Positions 26,504 to 35,325 of a stretch of DNA of 64,000 bases are shown here, piece after piece. A model generated the notes under the pieces. The model searched no databases. It worked only from the letters and a program-made list of their open reading frames with translations, and was not told the origin of the DNA. The stretch comes from an uncultured Clostridia bacterium (GTDB lineage Bacteria > Bacillota > Clostridia > Christensenellales > Borkfalkiaceae). A program made the translations under genes and the position numbers. Every line of letters starts with the position of its first letter. Position 1 is the stretch's first letter. The stretch covers positions 21,135 through 85,134 of the forward strand of contig CAKQRE010000016.1 of assembly GCA_934271265.1 (NCBI GenBank), written 5' to 3'.

Positions 26504-26998
26504 TCAGCCGTTGTACTGCTCTTCGAGTGCTTTGTTTTTCGCAAGAACTTTTTCCGCGCCGGATCTGCGCTTTTCATCGAGTTTCGCCGCGAGACCGTCA
26601 TCCGAAACGGAAAGGATCTCCGCCGCGAGGATCGCCGCGTTTGTCGCGCCGTCCACGGCAACGGTCGCCACGGGAATGCCGGAGGGCATCTGAACGGTTG
26701 CGAGAAGAGAATCGAGCCCGCGGAACGCGCCCGCCGCTATGGGAATGCCGATCACGGGAAGGGTGGTATTTGCCGCGATCGCTCCCGCAAGGTGCGCCGC
26801 AAGCCCCGCCGCCGCAATGATCGCGCCGAAGCCGTTCTTTCTTGCGTTTTCGCTGAAGGATTTAGCCTCCGCCGGGGTGCGGTGAGCGGAATATACGTGC
26901 ATTTCGCAGGGGATGCCGAATTCTTTCAGAGTATCCGCCGCTTTGGAAACGATCGGCAGATCGCTGTCGCTTCCCATAATGATGGCAACTTTTTTCAT
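26504..26998 (-). CDS. purE: 5-(carboxyamino)imidazole ribonucleotide mutase
   Basis: Start MKKVAIIMGSDSDLP at 26998 with RBS AGGAGG. SAHRTP motif. The longer ORF-track version (to 27589) runs through the leader and is rejected. Confidence 0.9.
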   Translation of the reverse strand: MKKVAIIMGSDSDLPIVSKAADTLKEFGIPCEMHVYSAHRTPAEAKSFSENARKNGFGAIIAAAGLAAHLAGAIAANTTLPVIGIPIAAGAFRGLDSLLATVQMPSGIPVATVAVDGATNAAILAAEILSVSDDGLAAKLDEKRRSGAEKVLAKNKALEEQYNG

Positions 26999-27044
26999 AA
27001 AACCTCCTGTCGGGAACTTCCGGTAAGTCGTTTGTTTTGTTTTC

Positions 27045-27160
27045 CGGAAAAAAGAAAGGGCATACTCATCCCTTCGATAAGCATGCCCAGACGGTCGGCA
27101 ACAGAGTTTCTTTGATCCACGTGGTGCTCCACTTGCGCCGAGAAGAGATCTCCGCGCCGC
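27045..27160 (-). promoter_or_regulatory. ZTP (pfl-motif) riboswitch with intrinsic terminator
   Basis: RNA sense: CUCGGCGCAAGUGGAGCACCACGUGGAUC ... CCGACCGUCUGGGCAUGC. This resembles the ZTP consensus ACUGGCG..GUGGGAAACCACGUGGA ... CCGCCUGGGCA. GGGCAUGC... also forms the 5' arm of a terminator (27058-27088) followed by a U-tract. Confidence 0.7.
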
Positions 27161-27290
27161 ACGGAGATCCGTGCGAACCGTCAGGCTCAAAGAACCGGTC
27201 GGGCGAAAAGGGCGTTTCGTTTTCTCCCCTCCGCTCGAAGCGGCGAACGCAACGTTTGCTTTTGGACAAACCGTTCGCCTTTGCAACATT

Positions 27291-27319
27291 ATTATACCAC
27301 AGCCCGGACGACTTGTCAA
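27291..27319 (-). promoter_or_regulatory. consensus sigma-70 promoter of the pur operon
   Basis: Minus strand: TTGACA, 17-nt spacer, TATAAT. Confidence 0.6.
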
Positions 27320-27561
27320 ACGACCGCTCCGCCTTTTTGAAAAAACATTTTTCGCGATCGCCCGCGGCGCGCGTCGGCTTTCCTTCTTTCGGTCGATCTC
27401 CTGACGCGCGTTGCGGAAATTCTTTCGGCGGCTCGGTTCGGGCGTGATCGGTTTTTCGGCGAAGGTTCCGTCTTTTCGCTTTTTGTTCGGAAAAGGAAAG
27501 GGAAAATCGGATGAAAAAATGAGAATATGCGGAAATAAATCAAAAAACCGTTTCTTTACTA

Positions 27562-27590
27562 TTGACAAAAAGCCCCGAAAAGTATACAAT
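27562..27590 (+). promoter_or_regulatory. sigma-70 promoter (TTGACA-17-TACAAT)
   Basis: About 60 nt upstream of ATG 27650. A leader hairpin CATGCGGGG...CCCGCGCATG follows. Confidence 0.5.
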
Positions 27591-27649
27591 ATAAAGGAAA
27601 CTAATCATGCGGGGGAGCATTTGCCCGCGCATGTCATCAGGAGTCTGAC

Positions 27650-29353
27650 ATGAAAAGCAAGAAGTTTTTAGGTCTGATATCGGTGCTTTCCGGAGTTTGC
27701 ATTGCAACTTCCGCTTACGGCGCCGTTTCCGCCCTTGCCGACGGCGAGAGCGCGGGGGATACCTATACCTACGAAGCGTCCGAAACTCTTTTCCGGGAGC
27801 TTGCGGGGTTGAATCGCGAGTTCGATTACGTGACCGCAAAGAAGAACGGGGAAAAAGTAGACTTTGACACCAAAAAAGTCGAAGCTCTTACCGTTTATGC
27901 GACGGACGATACCTTCTCCAAAACGGAGCAGAACAAACTCGGCAGCGGAAAGGCAGCCGATAAGTCGGATGAAACGGACAAGCGTTTCATCTGGAAAAAC
28001 GGCGACAAAGGTTTGGTCTGGAATACCAAGGATTGCAGCGTGCAATACGTTTATAACGACGGGTTGGCTGCGGACGGCGCGAAAGATTACTATGTGATCG
28101 ACGTGCAGATCGAAGGCGTTACCGACGTGTGCACCGTAAACGTGGAAGTTTACGGAAAGGCGACCGAAGGTTCTCTTTCCTATATCGATTTTACGACGGA
28201 TGAAGGGAAGCAGAAACTGGAAAAAACGCGTACCGCCGTGCAGGAAGCCGTAGACGGAGAGGGCAAAAAGTCGACCTATTCCGTTCCGACCGCCGTGTTC
28301 GACGTTGTGAATTCGGAATTTTATTCGAGATCGGAGCTGACTTCTTACGTGTACAGCGCGGCGCCCGGTTCTTCGTTCAATTCGGGCAGCTCGTCCAACG
28401 GAAGCTATTCGAGCATTTCGACTTCTTCCGCGGGCGAATATCAGTTCTACGTGCTTTATAAAGATCCCGCGTATCCCGCGGCGATCAACGAAATCACGAC
28501 GAAGGATCTCACGAGAAAGGTGGGAGAGCTCGGGCTCGGCTGGTATGACGACGCCGATACCCTTAAAATTCCCATTTTCGTCTTTACTTATAATAAAAAC
28601 CAGGCGATCGGCATCGAAACGAGCGGCGGCGGCGAAGGGTTTGTCAATTACCGTTATAAAGATCTCGGCATCACCGTGACGAACGGTTCCGCAAGCAATT
28701 TCAAACTCGAGTTCAAACCCGAAGGCTCGGAAGACTTCCGCGAGGCTGTCAATAAAAAAGACGCCGAATTCGATATCGATTCGTTCAGCACTTCTTCCAT
28801 GAACTTCACCCCGCTGAAAAAAGGCGCGTTCAGAGTGACCTGCGAGGTATTCGGGACTCTTTCCGATACGAAGGAGATCGCAACGACGAACGTCGTTACG
28901 GTAACGAGAGAATATCGTCAGGTAAAACTTGTAGACGAGAGATTTAAAACGTTCTGGCAGAACAACTGGAAGTCTATGATCTTCCTCGGGATCGCCGTTC
29001 TTTCCCTGATCGGTATCATCGTCGTTCTCTGCTATAAACCGAAGGAAACTGCGGTTGCCGTGGGCAAGACGGGCAGAAAGGACATCGAAACGCTCGACGT
29101 GAAAACGGAAACCCCGGAAGAGGGCGCAGTCGCCGAAGATGCAACCGATGCGGAAACCGCTGAAGACGTTTCCGACGAAGACAATGCGGAAGAAGCGGAA
29201 GCCGTCGAAGAAGACGCCGGCGAAGCAACCGGAACCGAAGCTCCCGTAACGGAAGCCGACGCGACGGAAGAAGCGGAAACTCCCGCGGAAACGGAGACTC
29301 CCGCTCCCGCCGAAGAGACCGCGGAAACTCCTGCCGAAGAAAATAAAGACTGA
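27650..29353 (+). CDS. exported single-pass membrane protein with acidic low-complexity cytoplasmic tail
   Basis: Signal peptide (...ATSAYGAVSALA), a ~430-aa ectodomain, a TM helix MIFLGIAVLSLIGIIVVLCY, then a ~95-aa E/A/T/D-rich tail. Confidence 0.6.
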   Translation: MKSKKFLGLISVLSGVCIATSAYGAVSALADGESAGDTYTYEASETLFRELAGLNREFDYVTAKKNGEKVDFDTKKVEALTVYATDDTFSKTEQNKLGSGKAADKSDETDKRFIWKNGDKGLVWNTKDCSVQYVYNDGLAADGAKDYYVIDVQIEGVTDVCTVNVEVYGKATEGSLSYIDFTTDEGKQKLEKTRTAVQEAVDGEGKKSTYSVPTAVFDVVNSEFYSRSELTSYVYSAAPGSSFNSGSSSNGSYSSISTSSAGEYQFYVLYKDPAYPAAINEITTKDLTRKVGELGLGWYDDADTLKIPIFVFTYNKNQAIGIETSGGGEGFVNYRYKDLGITVTNGSASNFKLEFKPEGSEDFREAVNKKDAEFDIDSFSTSSMNFTPLKKGAFRVTCEVFGTLSDTKEIATTNVVTVTREYRQVKLVDERFKTFWQNNWKSMIFLGIAVLSLIGIIVVLCYKPKETAVAVGKTGRKDIETLDVKTETPEEGAVAEDATDAETAEDVSDEDNAEEAEAVEEDAGEATGTEAPVTEADATEEAETPAETETPAPAEETAETPAEENKD

Positions 29354-29380
29354 TCGACGATCGGTATCAAAGCATAACAA

Positions 29381-29413
29381 AAAGCCGTTTTATCATCCGA
29401 TAAAGCGGCTTTT
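29381..29413 (+). terminator. rho-independent terminator
   Basis: 14-bp stem AAAGCCGTTTTATC / GATAAAGCGGCTTT with a 4-nt loop and a T-run. Confidence 0.6.
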
Positions 29414-29557
29414 ATCATGCTTACTTTCTGTTGACATTATACATTTTTTCGGTTATAATTATCTTAGGCTCGGTATTCGACATTGAGGATTTCTTCTTAC
29501 AGCGAAAAAGTTTTTCCGGAATGTACGCTGCCGGCGGGTGTTGAAAGGAGAAGGAAA

Positions 29558-30601
29558 ATGAAAAAATTTCCGTTGATGTTTTTATTGTCTGTTATCGCTG
29601 CGGCATGCTTGTTTTTTGCCGTGGCATGTAAATCGTCCGAGAAGGTAGAGAAAGAGGGGGATGAACCGAAAAGCGCAAGTCAAGGCTTGGATTATAAATT
29701 GAGTTCGGATGAGTCTTATTATACCCTTACGGGGATCGGTATCTGTATGGATGAGGAAATCGTGATTCCTTCGGTATTCAGAGGAAAATCCGTAAAGGCA
29801 ATTGCGGAAGAGGCGTTATCGGATTCTTCCGACGTGAAGAAAATAACCGTTCCCGATTCTGTCATTAAAATCGGAGCTTCGGCATTTATTTCGTGTAAAG
29901 AGCTGGTCGAAGTAAGATTGCCAGACTCTTTAACGGAAATTCCGGAATCCTGTTTCCGGATGTGTTATAAATTAGAAAGCGTGAATATTCCGTCATCTTT
30001 AAAAAAGATAGGGGATATGGCTTTTCTTTCTACCGCAATTAAAGAAATTGAGATTCCTGATTCCGTAACGAAGATCGGGAGCAGCACTTTTCAATATTGT
30101 TCTTCCTTGCAAAGGGTTGTTTTGCCGGGCAGTATTACAGAAATCCCGGATCAGATGTTTATCGATTGCAATAATTTAAGTGATCTCGTTTTGCCACAGG
30201 GGGTAAAAAGGATTGGTTTTTCTTCTTTCAGCGGATGTGAAAACCTGAAAAAAATCGTTCTTCCTGATACCGTGGAAACGATTGGTGTTATGGCTTTTGA
30301 TAAATGCGGAATTGAATCGATTAAAATTCCGGATACCGTGGAAACAATAGGGGGCAATGTTTTTTCCGGCTGTACGAAGCTAAAATCCGTGATGATCGGA
30401 AATGGGGTAAAGTGTATCAAAGAGGGAGCTTTTTCCGGGTGTTCCGCATTGTCCGGCGTGTCGTTTAAAAATCCGACAGGGTGGACGGCTGTCTTGTCGG
30501 ATAAAACAAAACAGATTCCGGAAGGGAATTTGATTTATCCTGGAATTGCTGCCGAATATTTAAGATCTGAGTATTCCCTGTACTGCTGGCAGCGTGTGTG
30601 A
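29558..30601 (+). CDS. BspA-type leucine-rich-repeat lipoprotein
   Basis: Lipobox LFFAVAC. Repeated units I.IP.SV..IG..AF..C..L..V.LP (LRR_5-like). ATG 29558 is preceded by GAAAGGAG. Confidence 0.75.
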   Translation: MKKFPLMFLLSVIAAACLFFAVACKSSEKVEKEGDEPKSASQGLDYKLSSDESYYTLTGIGICMDEEIVIPSVFRGKSVKAIAEEALSDSSDVKKITVPDSVIKIGASAFISCKELVEVRLPDSLTEIPESCFRMCYKLESVNIPSSLKKIGDMAFLSTAIKEIEIPDSVTKIGSSTFQYCSSLQRVVLPGSITEIPDQMFIDCNNLSDLVLPQGVKRIGFSSFSGCENLKKIVLPDTVETIGVMAFDKCGIESIKIPDTVETIGGNVFSGCTKLKSVMIGNGVKCIKEGAFSGCSALSGVSFKNPTGWTAVLSDKTKQIPEGNLIYPGIAAEYLRSEYSLYCWQRV

Positions 30602-30678
30602 AAGTCTTCTATAGGATCTGAAAAATAGAGGCTTTATGTCAAATGTCGGGGTGTTGTAATTAAACGAATGCAATCAAT

Positions 30679-30876
30679 ATGTTTTTCAAACAAATTATAC
30701 TTCATGGCGAATTGCCTTCTGAAGTAAAATTGCCTGCGCATCCGATTGATGTCGGTAATATGACGCAAGCGGAAATCAACGTGGAAATACAGAAAGTTTT
30801 TGACGATGCCAAAAACAATCGGATAAAACCTGCAACCGAAGCTTTTTCAGATATTCGAAAAAAGTATAGCGTATAA
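30679..30876 (+). pseudogene. RelB/DinJ-type antitoxin fragment (N-terminal RHH missing, no toxin partner)
   Basis: FFKQIILHGELPSEVKLP plus a C-terminal ...EIQKVFDDAKNNRIKPATEAFSDIRKKYSV resembles the C-terminal two-thirds of DinJ-like antitoxins. An in-frame stop lies 18 nt upstream. No RBS. Confidence 0.35.
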
Positions 30877-31062
30877 AATATCAGGGGAGCGCGTGTGCTT
30901 GTCAGAATGCTTTGATTCAAGCATTTCCGTTTAAAACAGAATGCATTCGGATGGATAACTGCTTAGAATTCATCAAAGCCTTTTTGCACCTTAAAATTAA
31001 AAAATGTCAGAGAGTTTTCCCCACACCTAAACACTTATTTTAGAACCTGTTCTTCTTAATCA

Positions 31063-31096
31063 AAAAGTGCGGCAATCGGTTGAAAGCCGCACTTTT
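31063..31096. terminator. bidirectional terminator downstream of alaS
   Basis: AAAAGTGCGGC-12 nt-GCCGCACTTTT, flanked by an A-run and a T-run. Confidence 0.65.
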
Positions 31097-31121
31097 GTGT
31101 TTGATATTGTTTCCTTTAGGA

Positions 31122-32909
31122 TCAGTCGAGAATCGCTTTGATCCTGCGGACGCCCGCCGAGGACGCTTCTTCTTTCACGATTTTAAAGTGATGAAGTTCG
31201 CCCGTCGTTTTTGCGTGAGGTCCGCCGCAGATCTCTTTGCTGTATTTGCCCATGGTGTAAACTTTTACTTTCTCGCCGTACTTGCTGGTGAAAATACCGA
31301 CGGCGCCCTGATCTTTGGCTTCTTCCACCGTCATTTCTTCGAGCGTTACGGGAACGTTCGCCGCGATGGCTTCGTTTACCCGGTCTTCCACGCGTTTCAG
31401 TTCTTCCGCCGTCAGTTTTCTCGGGAAGTTAAAGTCGAAACGAAGCCTTTCCACCGTGATGTTGGAACCTCTCTGATTGATTCCGTCGTCTCCGAGAACG
31501 GATTTCAGAGCCGCGTTCAGAAGGTGCGTTGCGGTGTGCAGGCGAGCCGTCGTTTCGTTCTGTTCGGCAAGACCGCCCTTGAATTTCTGATCGCTGCCGA
31601 TCTTCGATTTTTCGATGTGAACTTTTTCGGCTTCCTTATAGCCTTCTTTGTCAACCGTAAATCCCTGCTCTTTGGCGAGTTCTTCGGTGATCTCGAGGGG
31701 GAAACCGAAGGTATCGTACAGACGGAACGCCGTTTTTCCGGGGAACAGGTTGCCCTGCAGGTGAGAAACGACTTTATTGAATTCTCTCAGACCGTCCGAA
31801 AGGGTCCTGGAGAATTTTTCTTCTTCTTTATTGAGTTCGTCGTAGATCTTCTGTTCGTTCTGTTTGATCTCTTCGTAGGCGTTCTTATATTTTTCCACGT
31901 AGGTCGCCGCGATCTTCGCAAGGCTGCCTTCGGAAAGTCCGAGCGTTCTGCCGAAACGCACGGCGCGGCGGATCAGTCTTCTTAAAACGTAACCCTGGTC
32001 GACGTTCGAGGGCACGATGCCTTTCTGATCGCCGATGAGGAAGGTTGCCGTTCTCACGTGGTCAAGAATGATGCGGAATGCCTTGGTGATTTCCGGGCTT
32101 TCGCCGTATTTCTTGCCGGTCAGCTCTTCGATCTTCGCCTTCGCCCCCGTAAACGGGTCGGTTTCGTAAACGGTTTCATAGCCGTTCGAAATGCAGAGAA
32201 CGCGTTCCAGCCCCATGCCGGTATCCACGTTTTTCTGCTTTAATTTGCTGTAATGTCCGTTTTCGTCTTTAAAAAACTCCATGAAAACGTTGTTCCAGAT
32301 CTCGAGGTATTTCCCGCAATCGCAGGAAGGATCGCAACCGTCGTGACAGGGGGCAAATCCGCGGTCGATGAACATTTCCGTGTCCGGTCCGCAGGGTCCC
32401 GTCGTTCCGGCGATCCACCAGTTATTCTTTTTGGGAAGATAGAAGATCTTTTCCTTGGGGATGCCGCATTCTTCCCAAAGTTTTGCGCTTGTCTCGTCGC
32501 GCGGGGCGTCGTCGTCCCCGGCGAACACGGTAACGGCAAGCTCGGAAACGGGAATGTCGAGATAATCTTTTCCCGTTAAAAATTCATAGCTCCAGGGAAT
32601 GGCGCTTTCTTTGAAGTAATCGCCGAGAGACCAGTTGCCGAGCATTTCGAAAAACGTAAGGTGAGAGGCGTCTCCCACATCTTCGATATCGCCCGTGCGG
32701 ACGCATTTCTGAACGTCGGTCAGCCGTGTGCCTTCGGGGTGCTTTTCTCCGAGAAGGTAAGGAACCAACGGGTGCATGCCCGCCGTGGTGAAGAGAACGG
32801 ACGGGTCGTTTTCGGGGATCAGGCTTGCCGACGGGATGACTTTATGTCCTTTGGAAGCAAAAAAATCAAGATAGAGTTGTCTGAGCGATTCGCTCGTAAG
32901 TTTTTTCAT
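31122..32909 (-). CDS. alaS: alanine--tRNA ligase, short form lacking the C-Ala domain
   Basis: Start MKKLTSESLRQLYLDFF. Class II core, editing-domain motifs HTATHLL and CGGPH. Ends ...SSAGVRRIKAILD at 595 aa, where full-length AlaRS continues about 175 aa further. Confidence 0.85.
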   Translation of the reverse strand: MKKLTSESLRQLYLDFFASKGHKVIPSASLIPENDPSVLFTTAGMHPLVPYLLGEKHPEGTRLTDVQKCVRTGDIEDVGDASHLTFFEMLGNWSLGDYFKESAIPWSYEFLTGKDYLDIPVSELAVTVFAGDDDAPRDETSAKLWEECGIPKEKIFYLPKKNNWWIAGTTGPCGPDTEMFIDRGFAPCHDGCDPSCDCGKYLEIWNNVFMEFFKDENGHYSKLKQKNVDTGMGLERVLCISNGYETVYETDPFTGAKAKIEELTGKKYGESPEITKAFRIILDHVRTATFLIGDQKGIVPSNVDQGYVLRRLIRRAVRFGRTLGLSEGSLAKIAATYVEKYKNAYEEIKQNEQKIYDELNKEEEKFSRTLSDGLREFNKVVSHLQGNLFPGKTAFRLYDTFGFPLEITEELAKEQGFTVDKEGYKEAEKVHIEKSKIGSDQKFKGGLAEQNETTARLHTATHLLNAALKSVLGDDGINQRGSNITVERLRFDFNFPRKLTAEELKRVEDRVNEAIAANVPVTLEEMTVEEAKDQGAVGIFTSKYGEKVKVYTMGKYSKEICGGPHAKTTGELHHFKIVKEEASSAGVRRIKAILD

Positions 32910-33030
32910 AATATTCTCCGTAAAAGCGGTTTTTCTTTTCGTTTGTCCCGGTGTGCGTTTCGGTACGATACCTTCACGATACGATACCTCCGGCGATCGC
33001 GCGCGGCGCAAAACCGACGACGCTATCTAT

Positions 33031-33059
33031 ATTATAACCGCTCTTTTTTGTTTTGTAAA
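33031..33059 (-). promoter_or_regulatory. candidate sigma-70 promoter for alaS
   Basis: Minus strand: TTTACA, 17-nt spacer, TATAAT, about 120 nt upstream of ATG 32909. Confidence 0.45.
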
Positions 33060-33087
33060 TCGTTTGGAAACCGTTTGCGGATATTTC

Positions 33088-33143
33088 CTCTTTTCGCGGC
33101 GGCGTTTTTTTGATCCGCTCTTTTCGCGGCGGCGTTTTTTTGA
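33088..33143 (+). repeat. perfect 26-bp tandem direct repeat (period 30)
   Basis: CTCTTTTCGCGGCGGCGTTTTTTTGA at 33088-33113 and again at 33118-33143, in the cysS-alaS intergenic region. Confidence 0.85.
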
Positions 33144-33198
33144 CCTGCGACCCGCGGGAAAGGGGTTTTGTCGTCGGATCCGACGGCAGACTTCTTCG

Positions 33199-34590
33199 TC
33201 AGGCTTTTTTTACCGTGACGCCCGTCTTCGAGATCATCACGTTGTAGCCGGCGTTCGTGATCTCCGCGCGGAGACGATCGGAAAGAGCGTAATCTTTTTC
33301 GGCGCGCGCCTTTTCGATCTGTTTTGCCTTTTCCGTGATTCCGGCGGGGATATCGGTTCCGTGTTTTTTGTCGTATGCGGCGATAAATTCGACGGGGGCG
33401 GTTCGGAATAATCCGAGCAGGGAGTAAGTCTCGCGGATCTGCCAGAGCATTTCTCCCGCTTTTTCGGGGTCGGAACGGAGCGTCTGTCGAATGGTCTTAA
33501 AGTAACCGTATAAGTCGGACAGGGCGAGCGCAATGTTGAAATCGTCCGATAATGCTTCGTCGAAATTATCGTTAATCGGCTTATAGCCGTCCTTCAGCAG
33601 AACGCCTTCCTTTTCCGCCTCCGCGAAAACGGAATAAAATTCGTACAGGTGTTTTTCCGCTTCGGGGAACAGCTCCGGGGTGATATTGATGTCGTTGCGG
33701 TAGTTTGTAGACAGCAGGGCAAACTTGACCGCTTCGTTGGAGTATTCCTCGAGAAGGTCGGCAAGGAGCAGAGAGTTGCCGAGCGATTTGCTCATTTTCT
33801 GTCCGTTCACTTTGATCAGACCGTTATGCACCCAATATTTTACGAATTGTTTTCCGGTGAGAGCTTCCGTCTGCGCGATTTCGTTTTCGTGGTGGGGGAA
33901 GATGAGATCCCTGCCGCCGCCGTGAAGGTCGATCTGATCGCCGAATGCTTTGCGATTCATTGCCGAACATTCGATATGCCAGCCCGGTCGACCTTTTCCC
34001 CACGGAGAGTCCCAGCAGATCTCTCCCTCTTTCGCCGCCTTCCACAGCGCGAAATCGAGAGGATACCGTTTTTCTTCGTCGTTTTCCACACGCACGCCGT
34101 TCAGGGCGTCTTCTAAATTCCGGTGCGAAAGCCTGCCGTACGCGGGGAAGGATTCCACCGAGAAATAAACGCTTCCCCCGGGAACGGGATAGGCATGTCC
34201 CTTTTCGATGAGTTTCTGCACGAAATCGATGATATTGTCGATGTTGTCCGTCGCCTTCAGCCAGATGTCGGGATCGTCCACGGCGAACCGTCTCATGACC
34301 TCGTCGATGCGGGCGATCATTTTTTTAGCGTAAACGTCGGCGGGGATCCCCGCCTCTTTCGCCTTGGCGATGATCTTGTCGTCCACGTCGGTATAATTTC
34401 TCGCGTAGGTCACGTCGTATCCCTGTTTCTTTAAGAATTTGCGGATGATGTCATAGATCAGCGCCTGATAGGCATGTCCTATGTGCGCGTCGCCCGAAAC
34501 CGTGATGCCGCACGCATACATGTTTACCTTATTTCCGTGAAGGGGAATAAATTCTTCCTTTTTTCCCGATAGGGTGTTGTAGAGTTTCAT
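33199..34590 (-). CDS. cysS: cysteine--tRNA ligase
   Basis: HIGHAYQ (HIGH) and KMSKS motifs. 463 aa. Confidence 0.95.
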   Translation of the reverse strand: MKLYNTLSGKKEEFIPLHGNKVNMYACGITVSGDAHIGHAYQALIYDIIRKFLKKQGYDVTYARNYTDVDDKIIAKAKEAGIPADVYAKKMIARIDEVMRRFAVDDPDIWLKATDNIDNIIDFVQKLIEKGHAYPVPGGSVYFSVESFPAYGRLSHRNLEDALNGVRVENDEEKRYPLDFALWKAAKEGEICWDSPWGKGRPGWHIECSAMNRKAFGDQIDLHGGGRDLIFPHHENEIAQTEALTGKQFVKYWVHNGLIKVNGQKMSKSLGNSLLLADLLEEYSNEAVKFALLSTNYRNDINITPELFPEAEKHLYEFYSVFAEAEKEGVLLKDGYKPINDNFDEALSDDFNIALALSDLYGYFKTIRQTLRSDPEKAGEMLWQIRETYSLLGLFRTAPVEFIAAYDKKHGTDIPAGITEKAKQIEKARAEKDYALSDRLRAEITNAGYNVMISKTGVTVKKA

Positions 34591-34656
34591 GGTCGCTCCT
34601 TTTTGATTGTTATGATCGTATAGTTTTTGAATGTTAATCGACTTATAGGCTGTTTT

Positions 34657-35325
34657 TTATTCTTTTGCGTCTTCTTCGTTCCGCATTTGCCCGCTCTGCG
34701 AAGCGGCGAGTTTCCGTTCGAGCTCGTCTACGCGGGCGCGGAGATGGCAGAGCTCCTCGAGAACGGGGTCCGCCTTGCACGGGAGGAGATCGGCGGGTTT
34801 TTCGCCGTTGATCCTCACGACTCTCCCCGGGATCCCGACGACGGTCGCATGGGGAGGAATGTCTTTCAGAACGACGCTGCCGGCGCCGATCTTGGAAAAT
34901 TCGCCCACGGTGATGTTCCCGAGAACCTTCGCCCCCGAACTTACGATGCAACCCTCTTTGATCGTCGGGTGACGTTTATGGGTCTTGTCTTTGCCCGTTC
35001 CGCCGAGGGTCACGCACTGATAGATAACGACCCTTTTCTCCACGACGGCGGTTTCTCCGATCACGACGCCTTCGCCGTGATCGATAAATACTCCGCTTGC
35101 GATTTTCGCGCCCGGATGGATCTCGATCCCGGTAAAAAACTTCGCCGTCTGGCTCAGCATTCTCGCGAAAAGCTTCCACCGGATCTTATAGAAAAACGCG
35201 GCGGCGCGATGCCAGGACAGGGCGTGCACACCCGAATAGGTAAGAAATATTTCGAATTTCGATCTCGCCGCGGGGTCACATTCCTTTGCAAAGGCGATGT
35301 CCTCGCGCAGTCTTTTAAAAAACAT
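34657..35325 (-). CDS. cysE: serine O-acetyltransferase
   Basis: Start MFFKRLRED. Hexapeptide repeats GIEIHPGAKIASGVFIDHGEGVVIGETAVV. Confidence 0.9.
   Translation of the reverse strand: MFFKRLREDIAFAKECDPAARSKFEIFLTYSGVHALSWHRAAAFFYKIRWKLFARMLSQTAKFFTGIEIHPGAKIASGVFIDHGEGVVIGETAVVEKRVVIYQCVTLGGTGKDKTHKRHPTIKEGCIVSSGAKVLGNITVGEFSKIGAGSVVLKDIPPHATVVGIPGRVVRINGEKPADLLPCKADPVLEELCHLRARVDELERKLAASQSGQMRNEEDAKE

Noticed and set aside
27160-27290. Purine (guanine/adenine) riboswitch or T-box in the distal part of the pur leader.
   Set aside because: No match to the purine aptamer core or to T-box motifs. Only a long inverted repeat is present, and it is reported separately.
26999-27589. N-terminal 197-aa extension of the purE ORF in the track (26504..27589).
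   Set aside because: The conserved PurE sequence starts at MKKVAIIMGSDSD (26998) with a good RBS. The extension covers the ZTP riboswitch, its terminator and the promoter.
29016-29418. Minus-strand ORFs of 70 and 128 aa opposite the acidic tail coding region.
   Set aside because: These are low-complexity mirror ORFs generated by the GAA/GCN-rich repeat-like coding sequence of the 27650..29353 gene.
30877-31060. A toxin partner (RelE/YafQ/ParE) downstream of the antitoxin fragment.
   Set aside because: No ORF of suitable length on either strand. The region holds only short hairpins and the alaS terminator.
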